Virus record (IMG/VR): IMGVR_UViG_3300017963_000189
DNA from: a virus
Lineage: Duplodnaviria; Caudoviricetes
DNA length: 64,000 nt
Direction: 5' to 3' (one strand)
Shown: positions 55,611-64,000 of the stretch, piece by piece
Layout: the number at the start of each line of letters is the position of its first letter
How positions within the stretch are numbered: position 1 is the stretch's first letter
The notes under the pieces: model-generated
What the model was told of the DNA's origin: nothing
What the model saw: the letters and a program-made list of their open reading frames with translations, nothing else
Database searches by the model: none
Program-made: the position numbers and the translations under genes

Positions 55611-56812
55611 TATCTCACCTTTTTAGTTTTATCCACTACTATCAATTTATCTTCAAAATGATTTAGTGCCCTAACTTCTACATTAAATATATCAAATTCA
55701 TATTCGCCAACATCCTCTAATTGATCCAATATGGATGAAAGTTGTGTGACGACGACCTGAAATTTCTCTTGTGTCAACTGTCGCCCATCAAATGAAACCA
55801 AAATTTGTCCTACGTATTCCACATCTTTATTTTGACGAAATAAAAACACTCTTTTAGTCAAATCATACATTGTATTAGGTTGTTCCTTATTTATATATTC
55901 TTGTATCTCGCCATCACAATAAATACGCGAACACCAGGGTTCAAGAGCATCCAAAAGATCTGGAGTACAATTATTAACCACAAAACTTATATCATATTTA
56001 TGTGGAATAATAGGTTTCAACTTTTCGTCCACCTTTACCATATGACCCCACTTCCGAGTAAAATTCCTCTCACTCTTACGATTGTGTGCTAACCATTCCG
56101 CACTGGCTTGACCTACTTGAGTGATTTGTGGATTGAATCTTGAGCCTCTACAAGTCATATGATAAACAAAAGTTTCCCATGTTTGAATTGGCTCATATCC
56201 TGCTAATAAGAATCGATTGAATATGTCACTATCCTCTCTCGATTGTGGAGCATAAAGTGGATCGTGACCACCTATTGCTAAAAAATCCTCTTTGTAAATC
56301 GCCCAAGGGGCAAACATCCCTTGTGTGTTTCCATTGTTGTATACACCTTTATCATCAGCAAACTTCAAAAATCGTTCCTCATTGAATTCCTCAGGTTCCG
56401 TCCCAAAATTCATAACGATTTTTTCCGGACCATCAGGATGTAAAGGTGGCTCAATACGTGTTACCGAAACAACCGTCTTTGGTTTCAACGTTCTCAATAC
56501 TTCCTTGTCCATGTCTTTAGCACAGTACATATCGTTGTGGTAAATCATCACTATATCGTTTGTCGCCTTTTCAATCAACTCGTCGTATAAAATCGTGTGA
56601 CCCAATCGGGTTGGCCCGTCGTTACGAAATATTTGTACGTTCTTGTCCTTTTTCGCCGTCTCCTGCATCCACTCCCACGTTCCATCATTTGAAAAATCAT
56701 CGTACATACATATCTCGTGTTGCTTACTACAATTTTTCCTCAATCCACGGTACGCCCATTCCAAATACTTTTTGCCATTCCGCGATGGCATAATGAAACT
56801 AATCTTGTCCAT
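55610..56812 (-). CDS. GT2-family glycosyltransferase
   Basis: ISFIMP.RN, YDDFSNDGT, HND, EDSD...R. Confidence 0.88.
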   Translation of the reverse strand: MDKISFIMPSRNGKKYLEWAYRGLRKNCSKQHEICMYDDFSNDGTWEWMQETAKKDKNVQIFRNDGPTRLGHTILYDELIEKATNDIVMIYHNDMYCAKDMDKEVLRTLKPKTVVSVTRIEPPLHPDGPEKIVMNFGTEPEEFNEERFLKFADDKGVYNNGNTQGMFAPWAIYKEDFLAIGGHDPLYAPQSREDSDIFNRFLLAGYEPIQTWETFVYHMTCRGSRFNPQITQVGQASAEWLAHNRKSERNFTRKWGHMVKVDEKLKPIIPHKYDISFVVNNCTPDLLDALEPWCSRIYCDGEIQEYINKEQPNTMYDLTKRVFLFRQNKDVEYVGQILVSFDGRQLTQEKFQVVVTQLSSILDQLEDVGEYEFDIFNVEVRALNHFEDKLIVVDKTKKVR

Positions 56813-56813
56813 T

Positions 56814-57134
56814 CTATTCTCCTAATACCTTTTTATCTCTCGTCCTCATATGAAGTATAACTAAATATCCAATAGCACTCTCAATCTTTTTCAATGCGGT
56901 TTCTAAATCTTCGCCATCAGCAGCATCCTCGGCTTCCCGTAACCTGACATCAACATGAAGTTCACGAACATGATTTATATCATCAACCGCAGAACGTTCC
57001 ATGATTCTCGGCGAATGACTGTGTTGAATCCCATGATTCTTTTCGTCACCACGTTTAAATGCTTCCGCTAACTTGTCTAAAATAACATTCTTAATGTATG
57101 TTATCTTCTTTTGATAATTTTGATTATTTTCCAT
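56814..57134 (-). CDS. all-alpha protein, possibly dNTP diphosphohydrolase-like
   Basis: LAEAFKRGDEK...H...; weak resemblance only. Confidence 0.45.
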   Translation of the reverse strand: MENNQNYQKKITYIKNVILDKLAEAFKRGDEKNHGIQHSHSPRIMERSAVDDINHVRELHVDVRLREAEDAADGEDLETALKKIESAIGYLVILHMRTRDKKVLGE

Positions 57135-57771
57135 CGTCCTCTCCTTTTGCTTCGTTTCGTTCATCTTCAGTAAAAGCATCCAATTTTCCAGTCGAACGAT
57201 AACACTTAACTTTATCAGCCATTAAAGCATACGAAGTTGTAACACCTTTTTCATTAGCACTATAAGTCAATGAACTACCAGCATCAAAACCATATTGACC
57301 ACCGACTTCAATAGCATCTTGATTAGCTCCAAGAAACATGAATTCCCATTTTTCCTTTTCTTTCATCTCGGTAATCATATTAAAAAGGGCTTCCCTTGTA
57401 TATTCTCGACTGGAATTTTCAAATCCATCGGTAATAACAACAAATATAACTTGTTCAGGTCTATCTTTCTTTTTAGCAGATTTGATAGAACTATAAGTTG
57501 AACTAATTGTTTTACCTACAGCATCCAATAAAGCTGTCAATCCACGAGGCACAAATGTAGTATCATCTAAATCAGCAACAACATTCAAATCCACTCCCGC
57601 AAATTGAGGCTCATATTGATCATCAAATAATACTAATGATACTTCCGCCTTACCTTTTACTTTCCTTTGTTCCTCTAAAAAACTATTAAATCCACCAATA
57701 GTATCATCTTTGACAGACCGCATTGAACCTGAACGATCCAATACCATTACGATTTGTGTAAATTTACTCAT
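57124..57771 (-). CDS. stand-alone vWA domain protein
   Basis: MIDAS LDRSGSM, TALLDA, VITDG.EN.S.EY. Confidence 0.9.
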   Translation of the reverse strand: MSKFTQIVMVLDRSGSMRSVKDDTIGGFNSFLEEQRKVKGKAEVSLVLFDDQYEPQFAGVDLNVVADLDDTTFVPRGLTALLDAVGKTISSTYSSIKSAKKKDRPEQVIFVVITDGFENSSREYTREALFNMITEMKEKEKWEFMFLGANQDAIEVGGQYGFDAGSSLTYSANEKGVTTSYALMADKVKCYRSTGKLDAFTEDERNEAKGEDDGK

Positions 57772-58658
57772 AACCACTCTCCCGTTTTTTCAAAATGTTT
57801 GCGTTGTTCTTCATAACCACTTTTTTTATTTTTATCTGTTTGTTTTCTTAATTCTTCCCACTTCTCTACATCATTCTTGATTTGAGAAAAACCATCTTCT
57901 TTTGTTGACATCCCTTTATAATGAAAAATGAATGCGGTTTTACATAACGCGGGAAAATCGTTGTTTGGTATCAATGTCGCCCAATTAAATTCATCTTCAC
58001 CTTGATACATGATTTTTGATGGATCAAATAAATTTCCATCTTCCCTTTCATACTTTATGATATTTCTATTCATCATAAAGAAAAACCCATTGAACATTTT
58101 CATTCGTATCGGGTCTAAAAGATATAAATTGTTAGCGTCTTTAAATTTTTGTTTCACATCTAAAATAGATTTTTGAACTAATTGATAATTTTTAGGTGTA
58201 TTTATCCACTCCGATTCCGTTCCCGGATAATAGACTTCAATACCTTGAGCATTTCCATTATGACCTGCACCGGCTACACTTGACATTGGAACAACCAACG
58301 AAAACGGCCACTTCTTAAATACCTCAACCATTTCTTTGATCGCACCTTTCGGAACTAAAACATCATTGTTAGAAATAATAATGTATTTATATTCTTTATG
58401 TTCTTTGAAATATTTATATCCTTTATTCCAAGAATCCGTGAGACCTTTTCCTTGATCCTTTTTGATAATGTTTATTCCATTTATGGTACACCACTCAACT
58501 GTCGCATCAGTACTCGCATCGTCCACAACTAATATATCAATTTCTATTCCACTCACAATCTCAGGGGAACTTAACTTGAACGCCGTTAAACGGTTATGTA
58601 ACATTTCCGTATAACTCATTTGATTATACGTTGTTATAACAAATAATATTTTATCCAT
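57768..58658 (-). CDS. GT2-family glycosyltransferase
   Basis: VITTYN, VVDDASTDAT, WNKG, ISNND, IFHYKG. Confidence 0.85.
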   Translation of the reverse strand: MDKILFVITTYNQMSYTEMLHNRLTAFKLSSPEIVSGIEIDILVVDDASTDATVEWCTINGINIIKKDQGKGLTDSWNKGYKYFKEHKEYKYIIISNNDVLVPKGAIKEMVEVFKKWPFSLVVPMSSVAGAGHNGNAQGIEVYYPGTESEWINTPKNYQLVQKSILDVKQKFKDANNLYLLDPIRMKMFNGFFFMMNRNIIKYEREDGNLFDPSKIMYQGEDEFNWATLIPNNDFPALCKTAFIFHYKGMSTKEDGFSQIKNDVEKWEELRKQTDKNKKSGYEEQRKHFEKTGEWL

Positions 58659-58833
58659 TTTGACTTAACCGATTATTATAGATTTTCAATAACTCCGCTA
58701 AAGCTTCTTCTAAAACCGCATGCTGAGAGCTTGGTTCATTCTCCACCAAACTTTTCAAAATGACTAATTGTTTCAGCAGATTCTTTATTTCTTTACTTAC
58801 CTTAAAATTAAGGTTTACTTTTTCTTCTGCCAT
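58651..58833 (-). CDS. ribbon-helix-helix DNA-binding protein
   Basis: KVNLNFKVSKEIKNLLKQ...VLEEAL..LL. Confidence 0.6.
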   Translation of the reverse strand: MAEEKVNLNFKVSKEIKNLLKQLVILKSLVENEPSSQHAVLEEALAELLKIYNNRLSQNG

Positions 58834-58871
58834 GTTTCGTCCTTTTATTTACTTTCTTTATTGTCTATATC

Positions 58872-59864
58872 TTATTTAACTCCCGAAAACACCTTTTGTT
58901 CCAAGAAATTAAAGAAATTCTTTTTCCAAACTTCCTCACTATATACTTCCTTGTAAATTCTCTTTGACTCATTTGAACAAAAATCGTAAAATTCTTTGTC
59001 CTCTTTCAACTTCCTTGCTATTTCTTTAGCATTCCCCAATCCTGCAGTTACATCAACTGACAAATATTCATGACACCAATGTTGTGTATCTATTTGTTCG
59101 TTCCCAATACACGGAATTCCTAAATAAGCACAATTCAATGAAAACGTTCCTGCAGCTGCGGTCGGCATCATATGAATCGCATACTTAAACCCCGATAAAG
59201 TGGACATCCATTCTTTCCAGGTTTTATATTCAATGTGAGATAATCCCTCAACTTGAGCTTCATCCTCTTTCATTCTACCCATAGATGGCGCAAATATCTC
59301 TTGTCCAAATTCTAAGGCAATCATGTATGAATCAAATCCACCATACCAACCAACAAAGTTTCCACCTATCATTGTTCCATGTCGCGCTTCCGGCTCATGC
59401 CAGGGCCCGTTAGGTAGAGCATCCTCAATCATTAATGTACGATTGACAAATATATCCATGTCAGGAAAATGAGCTTCCATATAATCTTTGTCTATTTCAT
59501 TATGTACAAATAAGAAATCCATTGACGCTAATGTAGCAAAATACCATGTCTGAATCGCCATAGAATAATCATGAAAATATTTTACAGGTCCTTCCTGCAT
59601 CCATCCTATCTTTTTCGCAATACGTCTCATTTGACCTACTAAATCAAATCCCTGGTACGCAGATATACGATATAAAATATCTTCTCTCTTTGGTAATATA
59701 ATAATAGCTACATCATAAGAATTATCAGGTACATTCAATATATTTCCTATATTTGTATGAACACCATCACTAGCACAAAACCACGCCATTTCTGTCCGCA
59801 TTTGTTCAAAGTTTCTCGGTACTTTTCCCTCTAAACCGTTTTCAGATAACCATAAAATTTTCAT
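58872..59864 (-). CDS. GT-B-fold glycosyltransferase-like protein
   Basis: In the glyco cluster; C-terminal AGTFSLNCAYLGIPCIG. Confidence 0.65.
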   Translation of the reverse strand: MKILWLSENGLEGKVPRNFEQMRTEMAWFCASDGVHTNIGNILNVPDNSYDVAIIILPKREDILYRISAYQGFDLVGQMRRIAKKIGWMQEGPVKYFHDYSMAIQTWYFATLASMDFLFVHNEIDKDYMEAHFPDMDIFVNRTLMIEDALPNGPWHEPEARHGTMIGGNFVGWYGGFDSYMIALEFGQEIFAPSMGRMKEDEAQVEGLSHIEYKTWKEWMSTLSGFKYAIHMMPTAAAGTFSLNCAYLGIPCIGNEQIDTQHWCHEYLSVDVTAGLGNAKEIARKLKEDKEFYDFCSNESKRIYKEVYSEEVWKKNFFNFLEQKVFSGVK

Positions 59865-60217
59865 TAATCACTCCCATGATTTACTTTAATATCTTTAAAT
59901 CCTTCGCCATACGTTTCAACCATTTGGTTCTTGACGAATACCCTTTTCTTGTTTTGTTCACGAATTAATATGGCACGTCGTCCAACTTCCTCAAGTCCAA
60001 GTTCCTTCTCTCGACCCTTACGTATATCAGATTCCAGATGCCAGATTTCTCCATTAATCTCATATAATTTGTCAACATATTCATGAATGTTTTCATAACC
60101 TCTTAACTCACTTTCATATAACTCAATTTCTTTTCGTAAATCTTCGGATGTCCTTTCTTGTTTTAACATACAAATAGACAACCTATCAGCGATTTCACTT
60201 ATCGGCATTTTAATCAT
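59864..60217 (-). CDS. helical protein (DUF6165-like)
   Basis: ISEIADRLSI..K...L..IN..IW..E..IR...N..R...KN. Confidence 0.6.
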   Translation of the reverse strand: MIKMPISEIADRLSICMLKQERTSEDLRKEIELYESELRGYENIHEYVDKLYEINGEIWHLESDIRKGREKELGLEEVGRRAILIREQNKKRVFVKNQMVETYGEGFKDIKVNHGSD

Positions 60218-60220
60218 AAT

Positions 60221-60421
60221 TTACCCTTTCAAAAGTTCTCTTTTGTCTATTTCGATTCCGCTAAATCCTTCAAACGCTTCAAATGTCATATCAAATTTTA
60301 ACTTCGTGACCACATTTTCAAGTGTCAACATTTTTCTTGCTTCGTCAACCTTTATTACGGTAACTTTATGTTTCTTACCGCCCATATCCATTTCTACTAA
60401 AAGTCCTTTAAGGTTTTTCAT
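60221..60421 (-). CDS. hypothetical protein
   Basis: 66 aa; GGGAGAG RBS. Confidence 0.7.
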   Translation of the reverse strand: MKNLKGLLVEMDMGGKKHKVTVIKVDEARKMLTLENVVTKLKFDMTFEAFEGFSGIEIDKRELLKG

Positions 60422-60433
60422 TATATCTCTCCC

Positions 60434-60661
60434 TCAATGTTTTTCTATTTTTGTTCTTACGATTTTTTCAGGTTGTTCATTAAACAATTTATCAGCATCC
60501 CGTTTTGGATCATAACTGGCACAAGTCTCAGCCATACAATTTTCCCATCCTTTTGCATCATCAGGTAACAAGGGGCAAACCGTAAATTCTTGTCCACAAG
60601 TCTCACAAATATGAATTGATATCGGAGTACCATATTCATTTACACTATTTTTTATTTTCAT
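60434..60661 (-). CDS. Cys-rich conserved phage protein
   Basis: CETCG.EFTVCP...C....C.SYDP.RD. Confidence 0.7.
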   Translation of the reverse strand: MKIKNSVNEYGTPISIHICETCGQEFTVCPLLPDDAKGWENCMAETCASYDPKRDADKLFNEQPEKIVRTKIEKH

Positions 60662-60854
60662 TTCTTTTCTCCCAACGTTTTAAAAAAGAAAATGTCCACC
60701 TAAAATATTTCTTGTTCCCATATTTGATAACCCACCAACTATTCCAGGATTTACTCTTTGGAACGTTTAATCCAATATGTAATCCCTTGTCATATGAATT
60801 ACCACAATAAGAACAAGTACACAATTCTTTATGTTTTTCATTTAATATTGTCAT
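60645..60854 (-). CDS. hypothetical protein
   Basis: CTCSYC; GGAGAA RBS. Confidence 0.55.
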   Translation of the reverse strand: MTILNEKHKELCTCSYCGNSYDKGLHIGLNVPKSKSWNSWWVIKYGNKKYFRWTFSFLKRWEKRNENKK

Positions 60855-61005
60855 TTTAAATTCTCCATTCGCAACATATTAAGAAGTATATCTACTTCAA
60901 TTATTACCCTTGACACATCACATTCAGAATATTTATCCGTATCTACATATTGTTTTTTAAGTTCTTTAATATTGGTTTCTAACTCACTTATTACTTTTTC
61001 TTTTG

Positions 61006-62052
61006 TCATTTTAAATACCCTTGTTGTATCATTGATGTAAAATATTCATTCCAAGTATGAAATCTAAAATTTGGATTATTTAAATTATATAAATTCTCTT
61101 TACTCCATTGTTCTAATATCTTCCACCATTTACCTTTATCCTTTTCGCCACAAAAACCCAATGGATTATCTTCATCTAATATGTAATGTCTCTTTTTTGG
61201 GTGGCGACGATTGTGTACACGTAACAAATTTCTTACGTGAAACTGTATGTAACCATCACCTAATATCTTCTTAGCAATATATCCAAAACTCGTGTCCTCT
61301 CCACTCATAAGTAACGCGTGCGGTATGTTGACTCCACTCTTTACAATGTCACTCCTAAATACTACACACGAACCATCAAACTTTGGATCGGCTAACGGAA
61401 CAATATCTATATCATGTTCTTTTAAACTTCTCTCATTTATCTCGTTCATATCTTCAATCGACATATAACACTTTTCACTGGCTCGATTGTTTAAATTCCA
61501 TTCATCAGTATCCTGGAACGCTTCTTTCGCAAACTCAGGATGTTCCAATACTGCCCATCCCTTATCCCACATTTTACGATAAGCAAAACTTACTACATAT
61601 CTACTTACATTTACTTGATCCGCATACATAGCAACTCGTTCTAAAACTTGAAATGTTTGTTTTGGAAAAAATGAATCAGTTTCGCCCCACATCAAATAAT
61701 CAACTTCATTCGCATAACGATAATTGAAGTCTCGACGACAACGAGCAATACTATATGGTTCAGGACGATCATGACCATCAGACAAAACATAATCATTTAC
61801 TTTTATTCCGGTATTCGTTAATATTTCGATTTGTTTCATATATTCGGTAACCAAATAACCGTCACTCGGTAACGTTTTGTGATCTATCGTTTCAAAATCT
61901 TGACACATACTATAATCAATATGTAAGGTAATATTCTCCGGATTCTCCACATCCAATAACATATTCTCAATCCCTTTTACCCAATCTTTCATCATTTCTA
62001 TTTCATAGAACATAATCAAACAATGGATAGCATAAGTTTTACTTAGTTTCAT
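61006..62052 (-). CDS. GT-A-like glycosyltransferase
   Basis: RRDFN....DYLMWGETD...GED...H.R.HP.KR; cluster context. Confidence 0.6.
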   Translation of the reverse strand: MKLSKTYAIHCLIMFYEIEMMKDWVKGIENMLLDVENPENITLHIDYSMCQDFETIDHKTLPSDGYLVTEYMKQIEILTNTGIKVNDYVLSDGHDRPEPYSIARCRRDFNYRYANEVDYLMWGETDSFFPKQTFQVLERVAMYADQVNVSRYVVSFAYRKMWDKGWAVLEHPEFAKEAFQDTDEWNLNNRASEKCYMSIEDMNEINERSLKEHDIDIVPLADPKFDGSCVVFRSDIVKSGVNIPHALLMSGEDTSFGYIAKKILGDGYIQFHVRNLLRVHNRRHPKKRHYILDEDNPLGFCGEKDKGKWWKILEQWSKENLYNLNNPNFRFHTWNEYFTSMIQQGYLK

Positions 62053-62443
62053 TTTCACCATACCTTTCTATATAATACTCACCAATCAACGCACACAATT
62101 CAAATTCGGCGTCCAACATACCCATTTCCTTGAACGCTTTAAATGTGTCGCCGTGTTTTTCAATGACTTCAAAATATATTTCTTTCATCTTTTCATAATC
62201 AGCTTTTAATTCTTTTCCTTCATCGTATATTCGTCTTACAAGCGGCATTACCATTCCATTAAAATATTCATCACTGTTTTCATCACCAATTACGGCAAGC
62301 GCAGCTTCCTCTAAATATTCAGCTACTTTTTGTTTCCAATCCGTATCTAACCTTTTCTTTCGTAATTCCTCACTGGTTGGATATGGAGTAGTCCTTTTAT
62401 CCAACAATCCCGTCATTTCCCACTTTTTTATTAAATCACTCAT
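62039..62443 (-). CDS. protein resembling the N-terminus of T4-type major capsid protein
   Basis: LIKKWEMTGLLD...K.KVAEYLEE.A...F...VMPLVRRIY. Confidence 0.6.
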   Translation of the reverse strand: MSDLIKKWEMTGLLDKRTTPYPTSEELRKKRLDTDWKQKVAEYLEEAALAVIGDENSDEYFNGMVMPLVRRIYDEGKELKADYEKMKEIYFEVIEKHGDTFKAFKEMGMLDAEFELCALIGEYYIERYGENETK

Positions 62444-62455
62444 AACTTTTCCTCT

Positions 62456-62674
62456 CTAAAAATTTAAGTCTAACCAATTACAAAATTTAAAAATTGGCTT
62501 AGAAAATATTACCATGAATCCATACCAAAATACTACTAACATAATCCCTGCTAAATCCGTATCACCTTGAATACCTATTAATTCTATTGATGTAAATGCT
62601 AAATACATACAACCAAATACAAAAAGACAAGCCACCAACATTGCTGTTATAAATTTTATTATGTTAAAAATCAC
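62456..62674 (-). CDS. membrane protein
   Basis: 2 TM segments. Confidence 0.6.
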   Translation of the reverse strand: MIFNIIKFITAMLVACLFVFGCMYLAFTSIELIGIQGDTDLAGIMLVVFWYGFMVIFSKPIFKFCNWLDLNF

Positions 62675-63429
62675 AATTCACCCCACAAATATTTGTATGT
62701 CGCCTCCATCCACGCGTTTGAAATCCTACTTTCTTGATTGTTTGGGATTGCATTAAAATGATAAACCCAACCAAATTCCGTGAATAAAAAGTCCTCAGTC
62801 AATCCCTCATGCATTGCTAAATCCTGCATATTAAATTGATAATCTAATATTGTCATATCTACTTTAAAAATATCCAATAAGAAATTTACTACTGGTTGAT
62901 CAGTTCCCACATGAAATGTTTCTTGTACTTTCAATAAGTGATCCTTGTTTGTATTATAAAACTCGGTCATAGCAGCAAAAAATGGTTCATGTTCTTTATT
63001 CACTATTTGGAAACCACCATTTATATATTTCGCCCAATCACTAAATTCATATTCATTGAATACATATTTTGAATAATTCTCTATTGACCTAAATAACCAA
63101 TCATATGAGCCACAATTATGTACTCCACTATATTTATACTCCGTCAACTCAAAAAAGTTCGGACAATCTGGATGTACTATTGTGTCACTATCGACCATTA
63201 AAATTTGATCATATTCTACTCCACTACTTTTCAATAAATCAAATAAATAATAACGTTGCCATGTGGGGCTCATTGTCTTTGGATCTGTTAATGGTTCTTC
63301 CAATATAAATGTCTTACAATTATTCTTTTCGCCCCATTTCTTCCAACTTGAAATAGAATACTCATACGCATCAGCTCGATTCGGTTTGTGATCGAGCTTC
63401 ATATTAATCATAAAAATAATATTATTCAT
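62671..63429 (-). CDS. GT8/GT34-like glycosyltransferase (DxD)
   Basis: YDQILMVDSDTIV, YINGG, DQPVVN, HFN; start moved to MNNIIF. Confidence 0.8.
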   Translation of the reverse strand: MNNIIFMINMKLDHKPNRADAYEYSISSWKKWGEKNNCKTFILEEPLTDPKTMSPTWQRYYLFDLLKSSGVEYDQILMVDSDTIVHPDCPNFFELTEYKYSGVHNCGSYDWLFRSIENYSKYVFNEYEFSDWAKYINGGFQIVNKEHEPFFAAMTEFYNTNKDHLLKVQETFHVGTDQPVVNFLLDIFKVDMTILDYQFNMQDLAMHEGLTEDFLFTEFGWVYHFNAIPNNQESRISNAWMEATYKYLWGEL

Positions 63430-64000
63430 AGTTACAAATAACCCCTTCCTGATCGAAAAACTGCGTTCCGGCCGCATGACTTAAATCTTCTGGTTTTTCT
63501 CCAATGAACTTTGTGATCTTCAAAACCCCTTGTGAAACTTTTTCATCGATTGCTCGTTTTACCTCGCCAGGAGGCAAACCATAATCATCAAATATAAATA
63601 TAGGATTTTCAATATTTTTCAACGAATTTTCAATGTCCATTTTTACTGCTTCATAAGTATGATTAGCATCAATAAAAACTACATCAACTTCGTGAGAGCG
63701 AATCCAATCCCAGGGTTCATTATATAAATCGGCCTTAATAATTTGAACATTATCACGATCCTTGCATCTTTGCTTCGCTTGTTCAATATTCCAATCATCA
63801 ATATCAACCGCAATAACTTTTCTAAATATATGACTAAACATTCTTGTCGATTGACCTTGACTACAACCTAACTCTAAAATTGCCTTGTCTTTAAATCTCT
63901 CATTATGAAACATATCTAAAATATCTTGTTTGAATTTTCGACTTGTTGTATATTTAGCCTTATCTTTGTGTTCAACTTCGTCCAAAATCGAAGAACTATC
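63422..64000 (-). CDS. class I SAM-dependent methyltransferase, 5'-truncated by the window edge
   Basis: ILELGCSQG, VIAVDID, FIDANHTYEAV..D; frame stays open to 64000. Confidence 0.85.
   Translation of the reverse strand, partial: DSSSILDEVEHKDKAKYTTSRKFKQDILDMFHNERFKDKAILELGCSQGQSTRMFSHIFRKVIAVDIDDWNIEQAKQRCKDRDNVQIIKADLYNEPWDWIRSHEVDVVFIDANHTYEAVKMDIENSLKNIENPIFIFDDYGLPPGEVKRAIDEKVSQGVLKITKFIGEKPEDLSHAAGTQFFDQEGVICNYE

Noticed and set aside
2499-63308. Plus-strand ORFs in the track outside 3013-4298
   Set aside because: They are antisense shadows of well-supported minus-strand genes, with no RBS and atypical composition.
1-64000. CRISPR array, tRNA or rRNA genes
   Set aside because: No regularly spaced 25-45 bp repeats with spacers, and no TPsiC/D-loop cloverleaf signatures found by eye. 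A tRNAscan run is still advisable for 24.0-24.5 and 26.2-26.7 kb.
1-64000. Stop-codon recoding
   Set aside because: Long genes (ligA, thyX, vWA) are intact in the standard code, and TAA, TGA and TAG all end tightly packed genes.
1-64000. Bacterial chromosome or prophage interpretation
   Set aside because: Dense unidirectional small ORFs, phage-family motifs and repeated strong promoters; no housekeeping operons, integrase or att site in view.

Overview
A 64 kb segment of a large, AT-rich (roughly 30% GC by eye) tailed-phage genome, read in the standard genetic code, with almost every gene on the minus strand. It is a non-structural region: about 130 mostly small ORFs, many joined by ATGA overlaps and preceded by GAAAGG-type ribosome-binding sites. 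Fifteen copies of a strong sigma70-type promoter (CAGAAAACAG-TTGACA-N17-TATATT) punctuate it. Recognisable genes are nadD, clpS, a MoxR/CbbQ-type AAA+ ATPase with a HExxH-acidic-vWA partner, thyX, NAD-dependent ligA, HNH and SNase-like nucleases, six tandem LamG-like genes and a roughly 10 kb sugar-nucleotide/glycosyltransferase cluster. The most unusual signals are: (1) three scattered degenerate copies of T4-type head genes (a catalytically dead gp21-like protease, a mini gp23 C-terminal fusion and a gp23 N-terminal/Gol-like fragment); (2) two proteins with a Sec signal and a T9SS-type C-terminal sorting domain, plus an inverted host-like cassette with an ECF-type promoter, pointing to a non-Bacteroidia FCB host; (3) a four-hairpin element behind the ATPase gene, with twin GUGGUG loops and an anti-Shine-Dalgarno loop; (4) a non-coding control region at about 26.2-26.7 kb with phased repeats, where GC skew flips; (5) strong over-representation of GGCGA. 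All family assignments come from motif recognition by eye, not from database searches.
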